A stretch of DNA of 52,889 nt, counting the filler, from Porpidia crustulata (lineage: Eukaryota): NCBI GenBank assembly GCA_964255105.1. It is 4 parts of 4 records of this genome, joined end to end, with 100 filler letters (N's around TTAATTAATTAA, not from the genome) between each part and the next. Parts side by side here need not be neighbours in the genome. Positions count along the whole stretch, not along the records: positions 13,260 to 26,411 come from CAXUWE010000454.1; 3 more parts are not named here. One strand, written 5' to 3'. Positions 13,374 to 26,511 of this stretch are shown piece after piece; position 1 is the stretch's first letter; each line of letters starts with the position of its first letter. A program made the position numbers and the translations under genes. Below the pieces are notes generated by a model. It was not told the origin of the DNA and did no database searches. It saw only the letters and a program-made list of their open reading frames with translations.

Positions 13374-14053
13374 ACGGCGCTGCCGTGTCTAAAGACAAGT
13401 GACACATCGCACTCAAAGCAATGCACGCATAGCAGGGGATCTGGAGCACTGGTAACCTAAATATTCGTAGACTGATACGCCGTAGCGCTCAAAATAATAG
13501 AGATCCGCGTCTATCCCTCCGCTCGAAACACATGTCCCCATTCCTCTTTCAAATCTTCCGAGTCGTCCAGTGCATAAGGGGGGGAAAAAACAAGAACACC
13601 CATCTACCCCAAGAATACGCCGGCATGAAAAATCGCCCCGGACCCAGCAAACATGGCCCCCCGAAACGCAAAAGATATAGTGGTACCGCCTTACCATCGA
13701 AAACAGCAATGAAACCCACACAGATCCTCTCCAAGCGCCGATAATATACCCGAGAAAACGCCATGATGGTAACGCCGGAAACGAAGTGGTATGACTTACT
13801 GACCCTGGTGGTAGTGAAAGCTATCGATTGGTGTAGAACGGACAGGGATGATGGTATATGGTACGAACAAATGCGGTGGCGCTGATGCGGTAACGGTAGA
13901 CTCCAGAGAATGCAATGCGAGATCCAAGGTGACCGAGTGTCGTGACGAGTCTCTAATGGAATCAGATAAGGGTAGCAGCCCGGTCCAATGGTGTATTTTT
14001 TCCAGGCGATGCCATGTAAGAAAATATGGCGGCGGGATGTTGAGTCGAAACCC

Positions 14054-15564
14054 TTAGTGTCGCTCGCGCGGAGACTGATGCTGATCGGCGGGCGCCCCTC
14101 CTTCATTGTCCGCCACGGCCTGCCTCCAAACCTCCGCCCCGTTTCTCCTCGTCGTCGCCTTGCTCTCCTGACCACGCGGGACCTGTCCACTGACCGCCTG
14201 CTGCTCCACACTCGTGGGCGAGGTTGGCAGCATCGTACCAATGCTCGCCGCAAGCGCTTGAACAACATAATTCCTCAATTCCTTGTCCTCTCTCTCATCC
14301 TCCATAATTAGACGCATCCGCTCTTCTTTAAGCATGTTCTCACGCCGTTGCCGTCGGATCTCATTCGTGATCCACATGAGGACGGGCTCTGGGGCGCGGG
14401 CACGCTCACGCCCGTGGGTGGCGGCGTTGCGGACGTAGCGGCGGGTCACGTCAGTGGCCCCGTCGATAGAGAAGGCAATCACGTAGGAAAGTTTTCGGCC
14501 CCAACCTATTTTGGGAATCGAATCAGTTCATGCTGCTTTCGACTTTCACGAAAAGTGAACCGGTAGGAGGCTTACCTTCGGTGTACAACCTGGGATTATC
14601 CCATGCTTCTTCGCAAGCATCGACGTGGACCCATCGTTTTTGGTGATTGGAGTAGACCTCGGTCCATACGTGATCTTCAGCGTTCCACACCCAACGTACG
14701 CGACCACCGACGGCGCGACAAAGCATACTGAAGCAGTTGGCCCATTCCCCAGACCGCCCTTTTCTCGATTGTAGCAGCGCCCACACATCACCGTACCGAG
14801 GAAATCGCTCGAACGCTCCGCAGTTGGCTGCCGAGCAACGGTAGTGTTCCACTCGGGCTGCTCCTCGAGCTGCTTCGTCTGGTGTTGGAGGGGTCATACC
14901 CAATGCGACTGTGGCTGCGGTGCAGACGGAACACGGGGGACTGTTGACAAATGTGAAGAACGAATTTTTGAACCACCTTTGCGATCAATTTAGAATGATC
15001 CTACGCTGGGTAACTGGAATGATAATAGACATACCTTAACAATGCCTTGATGACGCAATCCTGATAACCCCATTCTGGCTTCTTATTTCCACCAACACTA
15101 AGTGCTTGAGCTTGCAGCAGCTGACTTTCATCCTCGGCCTCACCATATATCCTATCTAGAGGTATGACCTGCAATGCTTCATCCAGTAATCCCGGGTTCT
15201 CGTATTTTAACGGTCCCACCGAGAGTGCCTGGAGTTGGCTGCGAAACCTTAGAGACACGGAGTCTTGCGGTGGCGACGCGAATTTTGGTAGATTTCGTAG
15301 CGAAGAATACGTTGGCAGAGGAGGCTGACTGCTGGTAGATGTTGGCCTGGGCGCATGGTGTGAGGAGGGTCGTGATGAAGTCGAGGAGTGATGTTGTGGT
15401 ATAGGTGAGCCTGATCGCGATCGCGATCTCGCTCGCTGTGACAAATGATTCAGTCTCCTTGTACGTAGTAATTGTTCGAATTTTTTGGTCAAATCATCGG
15501 GGTCGAAGTCTTGAATTTGAAGCCGTGACGAAGAGGTTCGCGGAGGGTGTCTTGGGTCCGTCAT
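14054..15564 (-). CDS. PNG1: Peptide:N-glycanase (transglutaminase-like) orthologue with catalytic Cys->Ser (3 exons)
   Basis: [67 protein letters not shown] motifs; introns 15034-14977 and 14575-14506. Confidence 0.95.
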
Positions 15565-16120
15565 AATTCCGATTCGACAGTATAAGATGACGTTCGACAG
15601 AGGTCACCTCGACAGCTTTCTCCTTGTACTTTGTTGTACCGGCCTTGAGCGACGACCAAGTGAGTGTGTGTGCAGATGTAGTAGGGAGGTTATGCTTGGA
15701 CGAATTGGTGAAGGCCAGGCTTTCCAAGGAGCCGCAGTCGCAGTCGCAGCACTGCCGAGAGACTGGCGCTACTGGAAGTTGAGATGCACCTTGTCTTGTA
15801 GACAGTAGAAGCAACTACAAAGCCGCTAACGCTGTGGTAAAGAAAGATAGAAAGATCTGGCGCTGGAGAATTGTCGTACCTCGAGCAATAAGGACTCTCA
15901 ATTACGCAGTCAAGAGGTATGGAAGGTAAGCAGATGTTACCAAAGCCCTTGGGTGCCTTCATGATCAGTTTGTGGCGAGGTTGACGACTCGCCCGCTTTG
16001 CGTCGTCAGCTATCCTTGCAAGCCGGCCAATCAACGTGCGAAGGATTCCTGACTAATAGCCACTCGGTAGCCCACAGGCCTAGCCCTTAGTCTCGCTATC
16101 GCGTGACTGTGATTTTGATG

Positions 16121-16140
16121 GGTAGGTAGGTAGGTAGGTA
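16121..16140 (+). repeat. (GGTA)5 microsatellite
   Basis: Directly visible. Confidence 0.85.
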
Positions 16141-16887
16141 CCCCATTTGTGAACGCATCGTACTTCTGATCTGACAGCATCTGAATCATGAATATTACTA
16201 TTCTACGCACGGGGTAGATACACGTCCCAGGCATTATATCGTTGTTCATTGTCACTCTCAATAATAGAATTCTTTTTTTGTAAGACTTGGCTTTGTCGTC
16301 AAGTTTGGGAGCCTCATTGCTGAGACGGCGACGAAGGGAGAAGATTACAAGAAATTGTAATCAATCCTGCCTACGACAGAGCAAGAACATCCGAGTCGTG
16401 TGTTCGGTCATCTCGAATCCCTCGTCATTGTGCAATAAACGTCTCGTTGTCAGCGTAGGATTTCTTAGCGCGATATCCGGTTACGTGGCTTGGGCTCGCA
16501 ATGCCGGACTTTGACTTACGTATCACAACTACACAGCGTTGTTTTCTCGTACTGTCTACTAAGGCAAGAGTCTCTATCCTGTGATGCGAGTCTTTGTGAA
16601 TGGGGGTCCTGCGATAGATCTGAGATTTTGTTCGGCAGATTTTTGAACAATTACCCAGCGCAGTTGAAAATCTTTACGTACCCATAGCTTAAAGGGGTCA
16701 TGTGTCATGCCCCTTGCTTGTGTGGCACTGACTTGCCTACGAAATACTTCGAGCCTTCTTAACCGCTCTGACGAGTAGGTAATCGTAGCAAGAAGAGAAA
16801 ATGTGCCTGATCGGGGTGCTTTACGATCCAGCCAAGACCTTAATATATGGCCAAAAAGTGATGAAGTAGCGTTTTCGAGCGTGATAT

Positions 16888-19800
16888 TTACTGAATCTCC
16901 CACTCCTGATTACCATGGTATCTCGGAGGAAGGTCCCTATCGAAGAGTGGCCGCTCCACCAAAGCTACCTCGACGCCATTCGCTGATGCGCCACCGTATC
17001 CATCAAGACCTATCTTATCATCATCGTACTGATCTCCTCCAAGCAGCACTATGCCCAAGATTGGCCGGTATTTGTGCGTGCCCCAAAATGGAACACCGCT
17101 TCTTGTTTTCGGTTTCACAGAGTTTGTGTTGTGGTTGGTCTTGCCGCCAGATTGATCTGATACCACGTTCCCAATATCACCGTTACTAGGTTTCGCTACC
17201 TCAGCTATCCCTCGCCGTAGATCCAGCAACGCTAATCCACCAGCATCGTTGTTCTCGTCATCCTCAGAACCCAGACTATACTCCCGAGCTAGACTAATCC
17301 AGCCACTTGAACTGAGCTCAGGGCCGTCTATTCTTCGAATTTTTCGGCCAATACCAATACCCAGCTCCACAATATGCATCTTGCTTCCTGCACCAGAGTC
17401 TTGTTCTACTGGTTCTTGTGCAGCCCGTGCAGCTTTTATTGCCTCCCGTTTCCGTTTACGTCTCTCGCTGCCTGTAGTACTGGAAGTAACTTCTACATTC
17501 TCGGATCGCTGCTGAGGTTCCTTGGCGGGTTGCTCAATGCTTGGAAAGTCTTTTGAGAGATCAAACATCCAAAGCCATGAGCTGCCATGTATCCAGACAC
17601 GCTCTCTCTCTGTATTTATATCCCAAATCAACCCCATAGCCCGGTCCCGAATGGTCCGAAACTCTGCGGGTAATTGGGATGCAGGATTTCTTCGTGACCA
17701 ACTTGATAGCCTACCGGCGAGTACCTCAAATTCAAATATTTGGTGCTCAGATGTCAAGGCAAGAAGGCGATCTTCTCCACTTTGGAGGTCGTGAGAATGT
17801 GGATGAGGAGTCCGCCGCGTGGGGTGGACCGCGGCAGTACCATTCGCCAATCTGGTCTCTGCTGCCGTTTTTGGGGGCCGGAATGAGAAGATGAGAGGCG
17901 CACAGGGAAGTCTTGGTATCAGTGTTGCAGCGGGATTACGTATCCAATGTTGGCCAAGAACGATCCTGGAGCGCTTCTCTTCAACGTAGTCGTCATCGTC
18001 GGACGACGTCGACGAGTCCACGTCATTTGCGTCTGCGTCATCGAGCTGCGCAAGATCCTCATACCCTTCCAGGACCCATATATCGAGGTACCCAGAAAGA
18101 TCTGCAACGGCTAGGATTCGACTATCCGCTGAAAATGCAACTCGACTGATTGATCTGTTGTAATTTCCATGGCTTCCGTGGTGATGACTGATCTTCGCAG
18201 ACTCCCTAGGAAGTCTTTCTAAGTCAATAGACTTCGGAAGTAGTCGCGATGCTTTTCTTCCGTCTTTGCCATGCATAATTCTATAGCTTCGAACCATGTT
18301 GTCAGTAGTGATGGTCACCAACCACTTACCATCAGGGGAAAAATAGACCATGCGGGCCCCGGATTGAGCTATGCTTTGGGGAATATCAACCCTGTTTATT
18401 CGGAGCCTGGCATTCATCTTCGTTTGAAGTCGGAAGATCTTGATTTCAGACATTGTTGAGGCTACAATCATGCTGCCATCTGACGCGATGTCGGCGCAAG
18501 TAAGAGATGCTTCGCCCTAGAGCAAGAGTGAGTATCACGGAGATTTGCAGAATTTCAGTCTGACCTTGAGAGCAATCTTTGCGACTAGCTCTTGCGACCC
18601 AGCTTCGTCTGGGTCGGTATTGCCGGTATTGCCGTTAATGCCATGACGAAGCGCGCTATTTTCATGAACACGGTAAAGATTGAGTTCCCGGTCCCACCAG
18701 CTCATTATCAAACGTCTTCTTGGCGCACTACATATAGGAGGCCGCTGGGGCAGACTCGATATTGATCGATGATACTCCCTCCCGAATTCCTGTATGGGTA
18801 CGATTATCGGATTGGTGTCAAGTCCTGCCGAGATAGTATTAGATCTGCTAACATGGTTCCGTTTTTAATAGCTTACCTCCAGAAACCAAGATGCTCAGCT
18901 GCCTTGACTCGAAAGTAGCCATGGCTTTAATATCATGCGAGTGCATTCTTCGATGCGTGACTTCTGCCCAGCGGCGCTGGTTGCCCCCGTTTCCGCTTCC
19001 AATGCGCCGGTATAAAGTAGTCCTTCGATCCATCCCGCCACTAATAATTGTACCTCCATCTGCACTGGTTGCAATATCTAGGATGTCGGCCATATGGCTC
19101 TGAATGCGCTGCAGCAATGTGTAGTTCTTGCCGTCCCAAAACCTCACTGTTCCCGTAGAGTCTCCAGACACGATCGTGCCATCCGGCAGGCATTTGACCG
19201 ACCAAATCAGCACATCTTTCGGCCCACCAACTGGTCCAGTGCCAATGGACATCTGACGTATGTGTTGGCCAGTGCGTGCGTCAAAGACTCGTATTACGCT
19301 ATCTGCGTACCCCGCGACGAGCACATTTCGACTTTGGAAAACGATACTGAGAACTCGAGCCTTCTTGAGCGAAGATCTGACGAGAACCTTTTGCAGCTGC
19401 AGATCACCATCTGCAGTCGAGAAAAGCAATATCGCTCCATCTGCGCAACCAACAGCGATACCTTGATACTCAGTCTGGATGTCTTGGGGTCCTTTAATTG
19501 GTGCTTGCGCTGTAGATTCTCTATATATGTACTCTAACGGCTGTGCCGCTATACACCAGAGCTCTCCAGAGCTTCCGGACAAATGGCGTATAGGCCTTCC
19601 CGATGCCAGATCCCATTCTGTCACTGAGGTAGAGTAGCCAATGCTGAACAATCTTAACTTTCCAGGCAACTTATAATCGCTCTTATGTATTTCCACCGGG
19701 TCTCGAGTCCACACCAGACCTTCGATGCTCCGATCTTTGCCGCCCCGTAGTATGCTTTCTTGATGCCATGCGCCTTTTAGAGGATTCCATATTTCGATAT

Positions 19801-19939
19801 CACCATTTGCCCGCCCAATAGCGAGACGTAGTGTTGGGGGTCCTTTGCCTTTTCCAGTTATAGAAGATGCGTGCGAGAAAGCAAGGGCATTGATAGCTGA
19901 TGTAGGGTAGGGCACAAATCGGCAACGATGTATATCCAT
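16888..19939 (-). CDS. UTP4: U3 snoRNA-associated WD40 protein Utp4 / cirhin (3 exons)
   Basis: MDIHRCRFVPY...LRLAIGRANGDIEIWNP N-terminus and C-terminal YRPILGI...VERP; many WD40 repeats; introns 18876-18825 and 18564-18517. Confidence 0.93.
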
Positions 19940-22900
19940 GTCCTATTTTTGATCAGCAAAACGGTAGAGCGTAGCATAATGAATAGATAAACCCTGTCAT
20001 CACTTACTAGTCGCGACCACCTAATAGGTACACCATGGCAATACTGTAATTACAGTCATGATGCGGTGAATTTGCACTGCACAGTGACATCTCCAAAATT
20101 TGTAGTTCGAACCTCAAAGGGCAACTTTTCCCGGGAGCGCCTATCATTGGCCTCGCTTAGATTTTCAAGCACACTACGGTGCCACTGTGCCTCAGGAGGA
20201 TACATTCGTAGTGCCATACAACTCAACATGAGTACAGATTCTATGAGAAATGCTATGATCCATCGTATGGTCAACTTCCACGATAGTTCATTGGTAATAG
20301 CCTTAGAAACAGTAACACAGAAGATTCTCGTCTATCGGTTCGTGGAAAATGGGTAACGGTCCTTATGGTATCGCGGCCTCAAAATTCGAGGGATGTAAAT
20401 TCATCTGTGGGTTTAAGTCTACAAGTATGATACGGAGAAAAGCTATTATTGTAGCTACTATTTTACCTTACATGTGCTATATCTTACATTACATGTGCTA
20501 CGTCTTACATCCGAGTTTGTCTTCATCAAAGGGAAGACTAAGTAGCTATAATGTTGAGAGTGGAATCAGGCTTCTAGGTCAAACTTCACTCATTGCTAAA
20601 GTGAGTAACTGTCTTTCTAACCAGTACGGGAGAGATTAAATGCTTTTCATCCTGGCTGTATTATCTATGATCCCAGGTCTTGTTTGCATTTAAGTCACTT
20701 CAGCTGAAGATTATCACATAGAACCCCTACAGGTATCAAGATCAAGATGGAAGATCGAAGGTCTCTGCAGCAGTCATGTGTATCACACGGTAGTGCATGA
20801 GCACGATGCCAGGAGAATGAGATGATCTGATAATCTTTCCCCCATTTAACACTTTCTCGCCAAAAGGCTTGCTCAATAATATGGATGCAGTAGTAGGTGC
20901 AGAAGCGGAGGCGGTTCCACGGTGGGCCTAACACTCGAGGAGACTAGGAGATTCAGGCGCATCCTCCTCTATGGGGCTGCAACATTTGACCATTTTGGTA
21001 AATTGCCAATGAGAGCTTCCAAGATGTCGCGACGAACAGCTGGAGGGCTGGAAACATTGTCTGCGGCCTACGAGAACGCGTTGGAATCAACTGCCGGGGT
21101 CTGAAGCCTCAAGACCTCATATCTTGTACTGAACCTCCGCAATCAAATGGCGTAGTCGTCGGCAAATCGGCTTTGAAAGTCAATCAGGCCATCCTTTTCC
21201 AGGTTCCGCTGCCTCTTGGCCCAGAACGACGGGAATCTGGGATCAGCCCTGTGTAATACCAATGGTTGGGTTTGGGGCTTGCATTGGCTGGCTGAGAGTG
21301 CGTTGGCCAATTTGTCGCGTGTCGTGAGATTTTCGTGGTATAAACGCGTAAGGTGACCATCCCCCACGTCATGGGCATTGGGGGAAATTTGAAAACCAAA
21401 AATATTCCACCATTGCCGTTCAAAAACAACTCATCGAAACCGAGCTGACTCAATAGCCTCTCCAGACTTAATAGTCGTAGCGAACTACGATCTGTAAAGC
21501 CTCCCTGAGCTCGGCTTGTTCTGCCCCGCAAAGCACATTTCAATGCAACGGCGCAACAAATCGTTCTGTCTCAGGTTGGGTTGGTGGCGCCATCGCTCCA
21601 AGGAATTGATAAGTGAGCATGGCCCGCATTACCGCCATACCAATGGCCGTGTGCTTCCGCTGAAATGATCCGTCTTTCATAAGACCTTTATTCGAAAACT
21701 TGTCGTTCATTAGAGGAACTCAAGTGACTGAGACGATCAATCTATATGTCGAGGGGAGTGGGCGAGTTTAGCCACGTACTTTAAACATTGAGCAGTTGTT
21801 TCCAACAATATTGTCGGCTACCTTGCGCATCTACTCGCATCGCACATAGCAAATGCCGATCAACCTACTGCTCCTTTGGGACATTCCATGTGGCTGTACC
21901 AATAGATGACAAACGTCACACAGCTGCATGGACACCCGGAAGAAGCGTGTCCAATGGCAAATTTCTGGGAGAGCAACACAGAAATAGTGACGTTGCATGT
22001 AATACGTGGATGTCCATCATGGATAACATCACCATTCGAGTATGTCTGGCTTTCTCCAGTTTCACAAGCATTTGACAGACTTGAACAACATAAAAAGAAT
22101 GCCGTCCGTCGGAGATATTCTGTAGTCCCCGAAATATCCCGTCTAAAGCAGTTCTGAGTTGTCAATGTGAAATCCCTAGAATAGATTTCGATGGGCTCTT
22201 CGTGTGTGCGGAGAGGCAACGCTGCTTGCCTTACGAGGGTACATAAAATATCGGCTCCTCAAGAAACTCGATGTATGCCGAGGATTGGATGTCTCGTCAC
22301 AGGCAGCAAGGACCCATACTTCTAAGCCGCCCACAGCGTCGTCTGGCTTGTTCTTCGGGACCGTTTGATGGAGGTTAGAGCTTCATGCTGTGGAGATAGT
22401 TTCGTGTTATCTATCTTACCGCAAGGGGTTGTTTCTATGTAAAGCGGTAGAGTATCTACGCGGTGCGTAGCAAGGTTAAGAATCAGGGAAGTAGATGGAT
22501 GTTGCAGAGCGGATCCCCAGGCCGTACCTAGTAGTACTGAAGGTCTGAGACTGTGGATTGGCTGCCTGTACGGCATCGGACCTAAGTAGGTAGCCCTGGA
22601 CCTTTACGCAGGAGCCAATGCATAGGCGAGATAAACAATTTACGGGCGAGTAAGGTAGTGAGGAACAACGGGGAAAGGTCATTCGAGAGCCGCCTCCTGC
22701 TAGACCAGTAGGGACGCGATTGAACGAAGATCGTGTCGTAGCTCTCGGAGCTGCATGGTAATAGGTCGCGCATAGCCTGCGGCACCTAAGCCATAGGGGC
22801 ATGTAAATTGTAACGCCAGATCTTGTGAGACGATTTGGCTGGCAAGTGAGGTGAGGACCAGTCAGTCCCTCGGGAACTTGATGAAAACAAATCGACTATC

Positions 22901-24338
22901 GTGTGATGTGTGTTTGTAGGATAAAAGCAAAGCGATTGATCATTCGAAACAGAAACACTGATGAAGAGAGTTCCTGACACTCGTAACTTGAGGGTTTCGT
23001 CTACTTGTCTCCAACTCCGTTTAGTCCTTTAACGAGCCAAGAGTTTCCACGGCGCGGATTGGCTGGATGCCGAAATGGCGCTAAGCCTCTTTGCACATCC
23101 CTGTCAAACCTCCCTCTCCAAATCTTGTATGGAGTTCCAGCCTTAACCTTTTTCTCCTCAAGTTGTGGAAGGCATTGCTCCTCTCCTTCTCACTTTCCCC
23201 TCCTCTCCTCCTGACACTATCTGCCTCTCTCTCCTCTGCCAGTCACACAGAGGTTCAGAGTGGGCTTGGGGATTGTGAATGTGTCAGATGTTCATCTAGA
23301 CACTTCTCAGCTCCTGTCTCTTCCACCTCATTCTGCTGTGCGGGTGTCGGACCTCAGGTCTTTCGACAATTGCCCCACCCCCCCTTCTCAACTCACGGCA
23401 GTGAGCTGTTCCTTTCCTTCGTCAGCTTGTCCACTTCCACTATCCTATCACAGAACTCTTACTGGGTATCCGATCGGTCAGCAAATCTCATCATTCTTCT
23501 CGCGGATAAGAGTCGTCAGGACGTCCTCGAACTCCATTTCATAGTCTCGGAAAATTCAAGATTGTGAAGTAGCAAATAAGGAGGACCCCGTTGGTAGGTG
23601 AATAAAATCCGTGTTGTTGCATTCCTCGTGGCCCTGGAATGTTGACGCCCCCTTTCTAGCTACGCAATCTTTGTGTGAGGGAGCACTCACGATTACTCTA
23701 TTGACCGACACTTATGTGCATCCATGTCGAGGTTGTGAAAGGACCTCCGTGGAGTTTATGACTTGCAAATTTTGTAAGGAGCACATTGCTAATTGCTATG
23801 CACCATCTAGGCATTCTATCACACGGGTCAATCACTTGAAGAACTCGTTCCCGACAACGCCTCCTTACATAAAGCTCGTGGCAGTCCGCTTGTATCGTTG
23901 GATTGGAGGCGTTCACTCGTTCTCCTGAGCCAATCCTCGGTAAATCATTCCACGGATTTTTCCAGGAACTCGAAGAAATTGCAAGGGAGTCAGTCACGAT
24001 ATTCAAAGTAGATCGTCATTCTTCGGTACAATTCCTCGCAATCTGATGGGCTGACATTAAAGTAGGATTCATTATATCTTTCCTACCCTCCGAGAGAGTT
24101 GTTTAACCTGGCCATCTTTCCGTCCCTACTATTCACGATCTTTAATTTTTAGTATTTTCACTAGAGTCACTCCCTTAGTAGTGTTAACATTTTACGACTT
24201 GGCCATCAAGACCGATATACACGAACATCCGAGATATCACATACGTCCTCAACACATCAAAGAACGTTCCATCAACGGGTTGATTCCCATACACCCCATT
24301 TACAGAATACCAAAGCTCTTAGAGGAGCTATAGCAGTT

Positions 24339-25603
24339 ATGGCATACGCCCACCGACCTTGCGATAGCTATTTTTTGGAGTCACACGATGGCCGGCGGCT
24401 GTCGAACCGTGAGATCACTCGTGAACGTGAAAGATATCTCAATCAGCAGACACAGCTCGCCATTGCCGAGGAACTGTCACATCTAGTTAGCGTCGAATAC
24501 TGTGCGGATGTTCTGGAGCACATGGAAGCTATGGAGGTAGATCACTTCAACCTCCCCAATGATCTTGGCTACAATAACATGCTATATAGATAAAAACATT
24601 GCCGGATGTTGCGTCGATTGAGATCCAAACCGAAATCCAGTGGTTCATGCGCCCTTACCTACTTGACTTCTTGATTGAAGCTCATACTGCTTTCGGGCTC
24701 TTGCCAGAAACCCTTTTCCTGACAATCAATCTTCTTGACAGATACTGCTCCAAACGCATCGTTTACAAGCGGCACTACCAGCTCGTTGGCTGTTCAGCGT
24801 TACTCATTGCTGCCAAATATGGGGACCGCAAGGAGCGTGTGCCCTCTATGCAGGAGCTCAGGACCATGTGTTGTGGCCTATATGATCATGACATGTTTTC
24901 ACAGATGGAGTGGCATGTTTTGCAGACTCTTGGTTGGGCAATTGGCCATCCTACAATCGACGGTTTTTTACAATTGGCGGTAGACGGTTTACCATACGAC
25001 GCCGAGGTTGAGAACATGGCGTGCTATATGTCAGAAATAGCACTTTTCCATAAGGATTTCATCTCCAAACGTCCTTCGGATATCGCTCGTGCGTCCCTGG
25101 CATTGGCGCGATGCGTTCTCGATCGACCACAGGCCCATGCTAGTGATTGGTCAGCACAGTACGAGCCCCAAACTTTGGTAAAGCTGTCCCAACAATTGTA
25201 TGGGCCATCCCAGGTCTTGTCATGCAAATACGCAACGGCCCATTTCTCACAAGTGTCAACTACCCTTGACACCTTTTTGACTAGGCAAGCATCTATTCCC
25301 AGAGGTTCCAATGCACCGCCAACGCCGCCAACTGAGAATAGCATGGCATCTTTTGGCAAAGCTCCCGTTCACAACAGTCCAATTACGCCTACCAAGCAGC
25401 AGTATCCATGGATTGCACCGAGCAATACTCTAACTCCTCCGATCACTCCAACCAACATGGATTGTTCTGGCAGCTACCATATCAATATCATGGTTAACAA
25501 CAAACGTCCAGATACGCCGCCAAGTATAAGGAAGCAAGCGCCACCACAGTATAGCACCAATTATGCTTTACCTCCAATACGGTCCGTGCCACCGCTCATG
25601 TAG
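24339..25603 (+). CDS. G1/S-type (Cln/Ccn1/Puc1-like) cyclin (2 exons)
   Basis: Cyclin box IQWFMRPYLLDFLIEAH...INLLDRYCSKRIVYKRHYQLVGCSALLIAAKY; PEST/TP-rich C-terminus (PPTPP, TPPITP); intron 24537-24589. Confidence 0.92.
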
Positions 25604-26019
25604 TTACCATCGGCAAACATATCAAGTTGTAATTTTTGTATCTACACCTATAGACTGTGGGCAATAGGTCGCCATCATACCGTCACATTGGCAAAACCAA
25701 TTATGCGCGTATCGCCAGCCACAGCTTCTCGCACCACCACATCTCCGTGTATCAAGAAAATCTCGTGTCCATTTCCAATCGCATCAGCGGGTCCTGCATT
25801 GCTAGCGTTATCGCATCCTTATTTTTCCCTCATTATCTCAAGCAAACATCAGCGGTTCTATTCCAGCGTTCATCCCACTCAAAAATCAAAAGCAACGGAG
25901 GGAGAGGACGACAGATTACTTTTGAAAAATAGCAACGATAGGAATCGCGCTTATTGGCCAGGGAGGGTTTTTCCTGGCTCGTAGGTTGGATATTAGAAAG
26001 AGGAGGAAGGAGGGTTCTT

Positions 26020-26054
26020 GATGGTACTCGTGAAGGATGGTACTCGTGAAGGAT
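26020..26054 (+). repeat. 16-nt tandem duplication (GATGGTACTCGTGAAG)x2.2
   Basis: Directly visible perfect repeat downstream of the cyclin gene. Confidence 0.85.
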
Positions 26055-26411
26055 ACTACAGCGTCTACCTATTTCTCGCACCATGGCTCAGTTTCCACGC
26101 TGCCTCGCTCTCTCTTTTTCAAGATATCTTGCACATCCTCCACCGTCGCACACGCGGAACAGAATCGGGATACAGAATAATGCTGATGCGTATCTCTCCC
26201 TCGCCCACCCTGTTCCTCGAAGGGTGGACCGTTTACAAAAGAGATGGCCTGGCTGTCGTTTTCCTCTTCCCCCCCTGATAGTCTGTAGCTTAGCTGTAGT
26301 AAAAAACATACACATACGATGACGATTCACGGTTCTGTCTCGGGTTCAAATGAGGTGGGGTCTAGGTGCCCCTGGCATGTAAAAATCCCCCCCTTTGAAG
26401 GGTTTTTTTAT

Positions 26412-26511
26412 NNNNNNNNNNNNNNNNNNNNNNNNNNNNNNNNNNNNNNNNNNNNTTAATTAATTAANNNNNNNNNNNNNNNNNNNNNNNNNNNNNNNNN
26501 NNNNNNNNNNN
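26412..26511. other. Artificial assembly spacer with TTAATTAATTAA linker
   Basis: 44 N + 12-mer + 44 N. Confidence 0.97.

Noticed and set aside
1007..20091. TGACATC/GATGTCA at 1007, 3521, 10534 and 20085 near gene starts
   Set aside because: A 7-mer is expected several times by chance in 53 kb on two strands and also occurs inside coding exons; not supportable without genome-wide enrichment
26381..26411. Rho-independent-terminator-like hairpin followed by a T run
   Set aside because: Eukaryotic context, weak stem, and it lies at a low-quality contig edge with homopolymers
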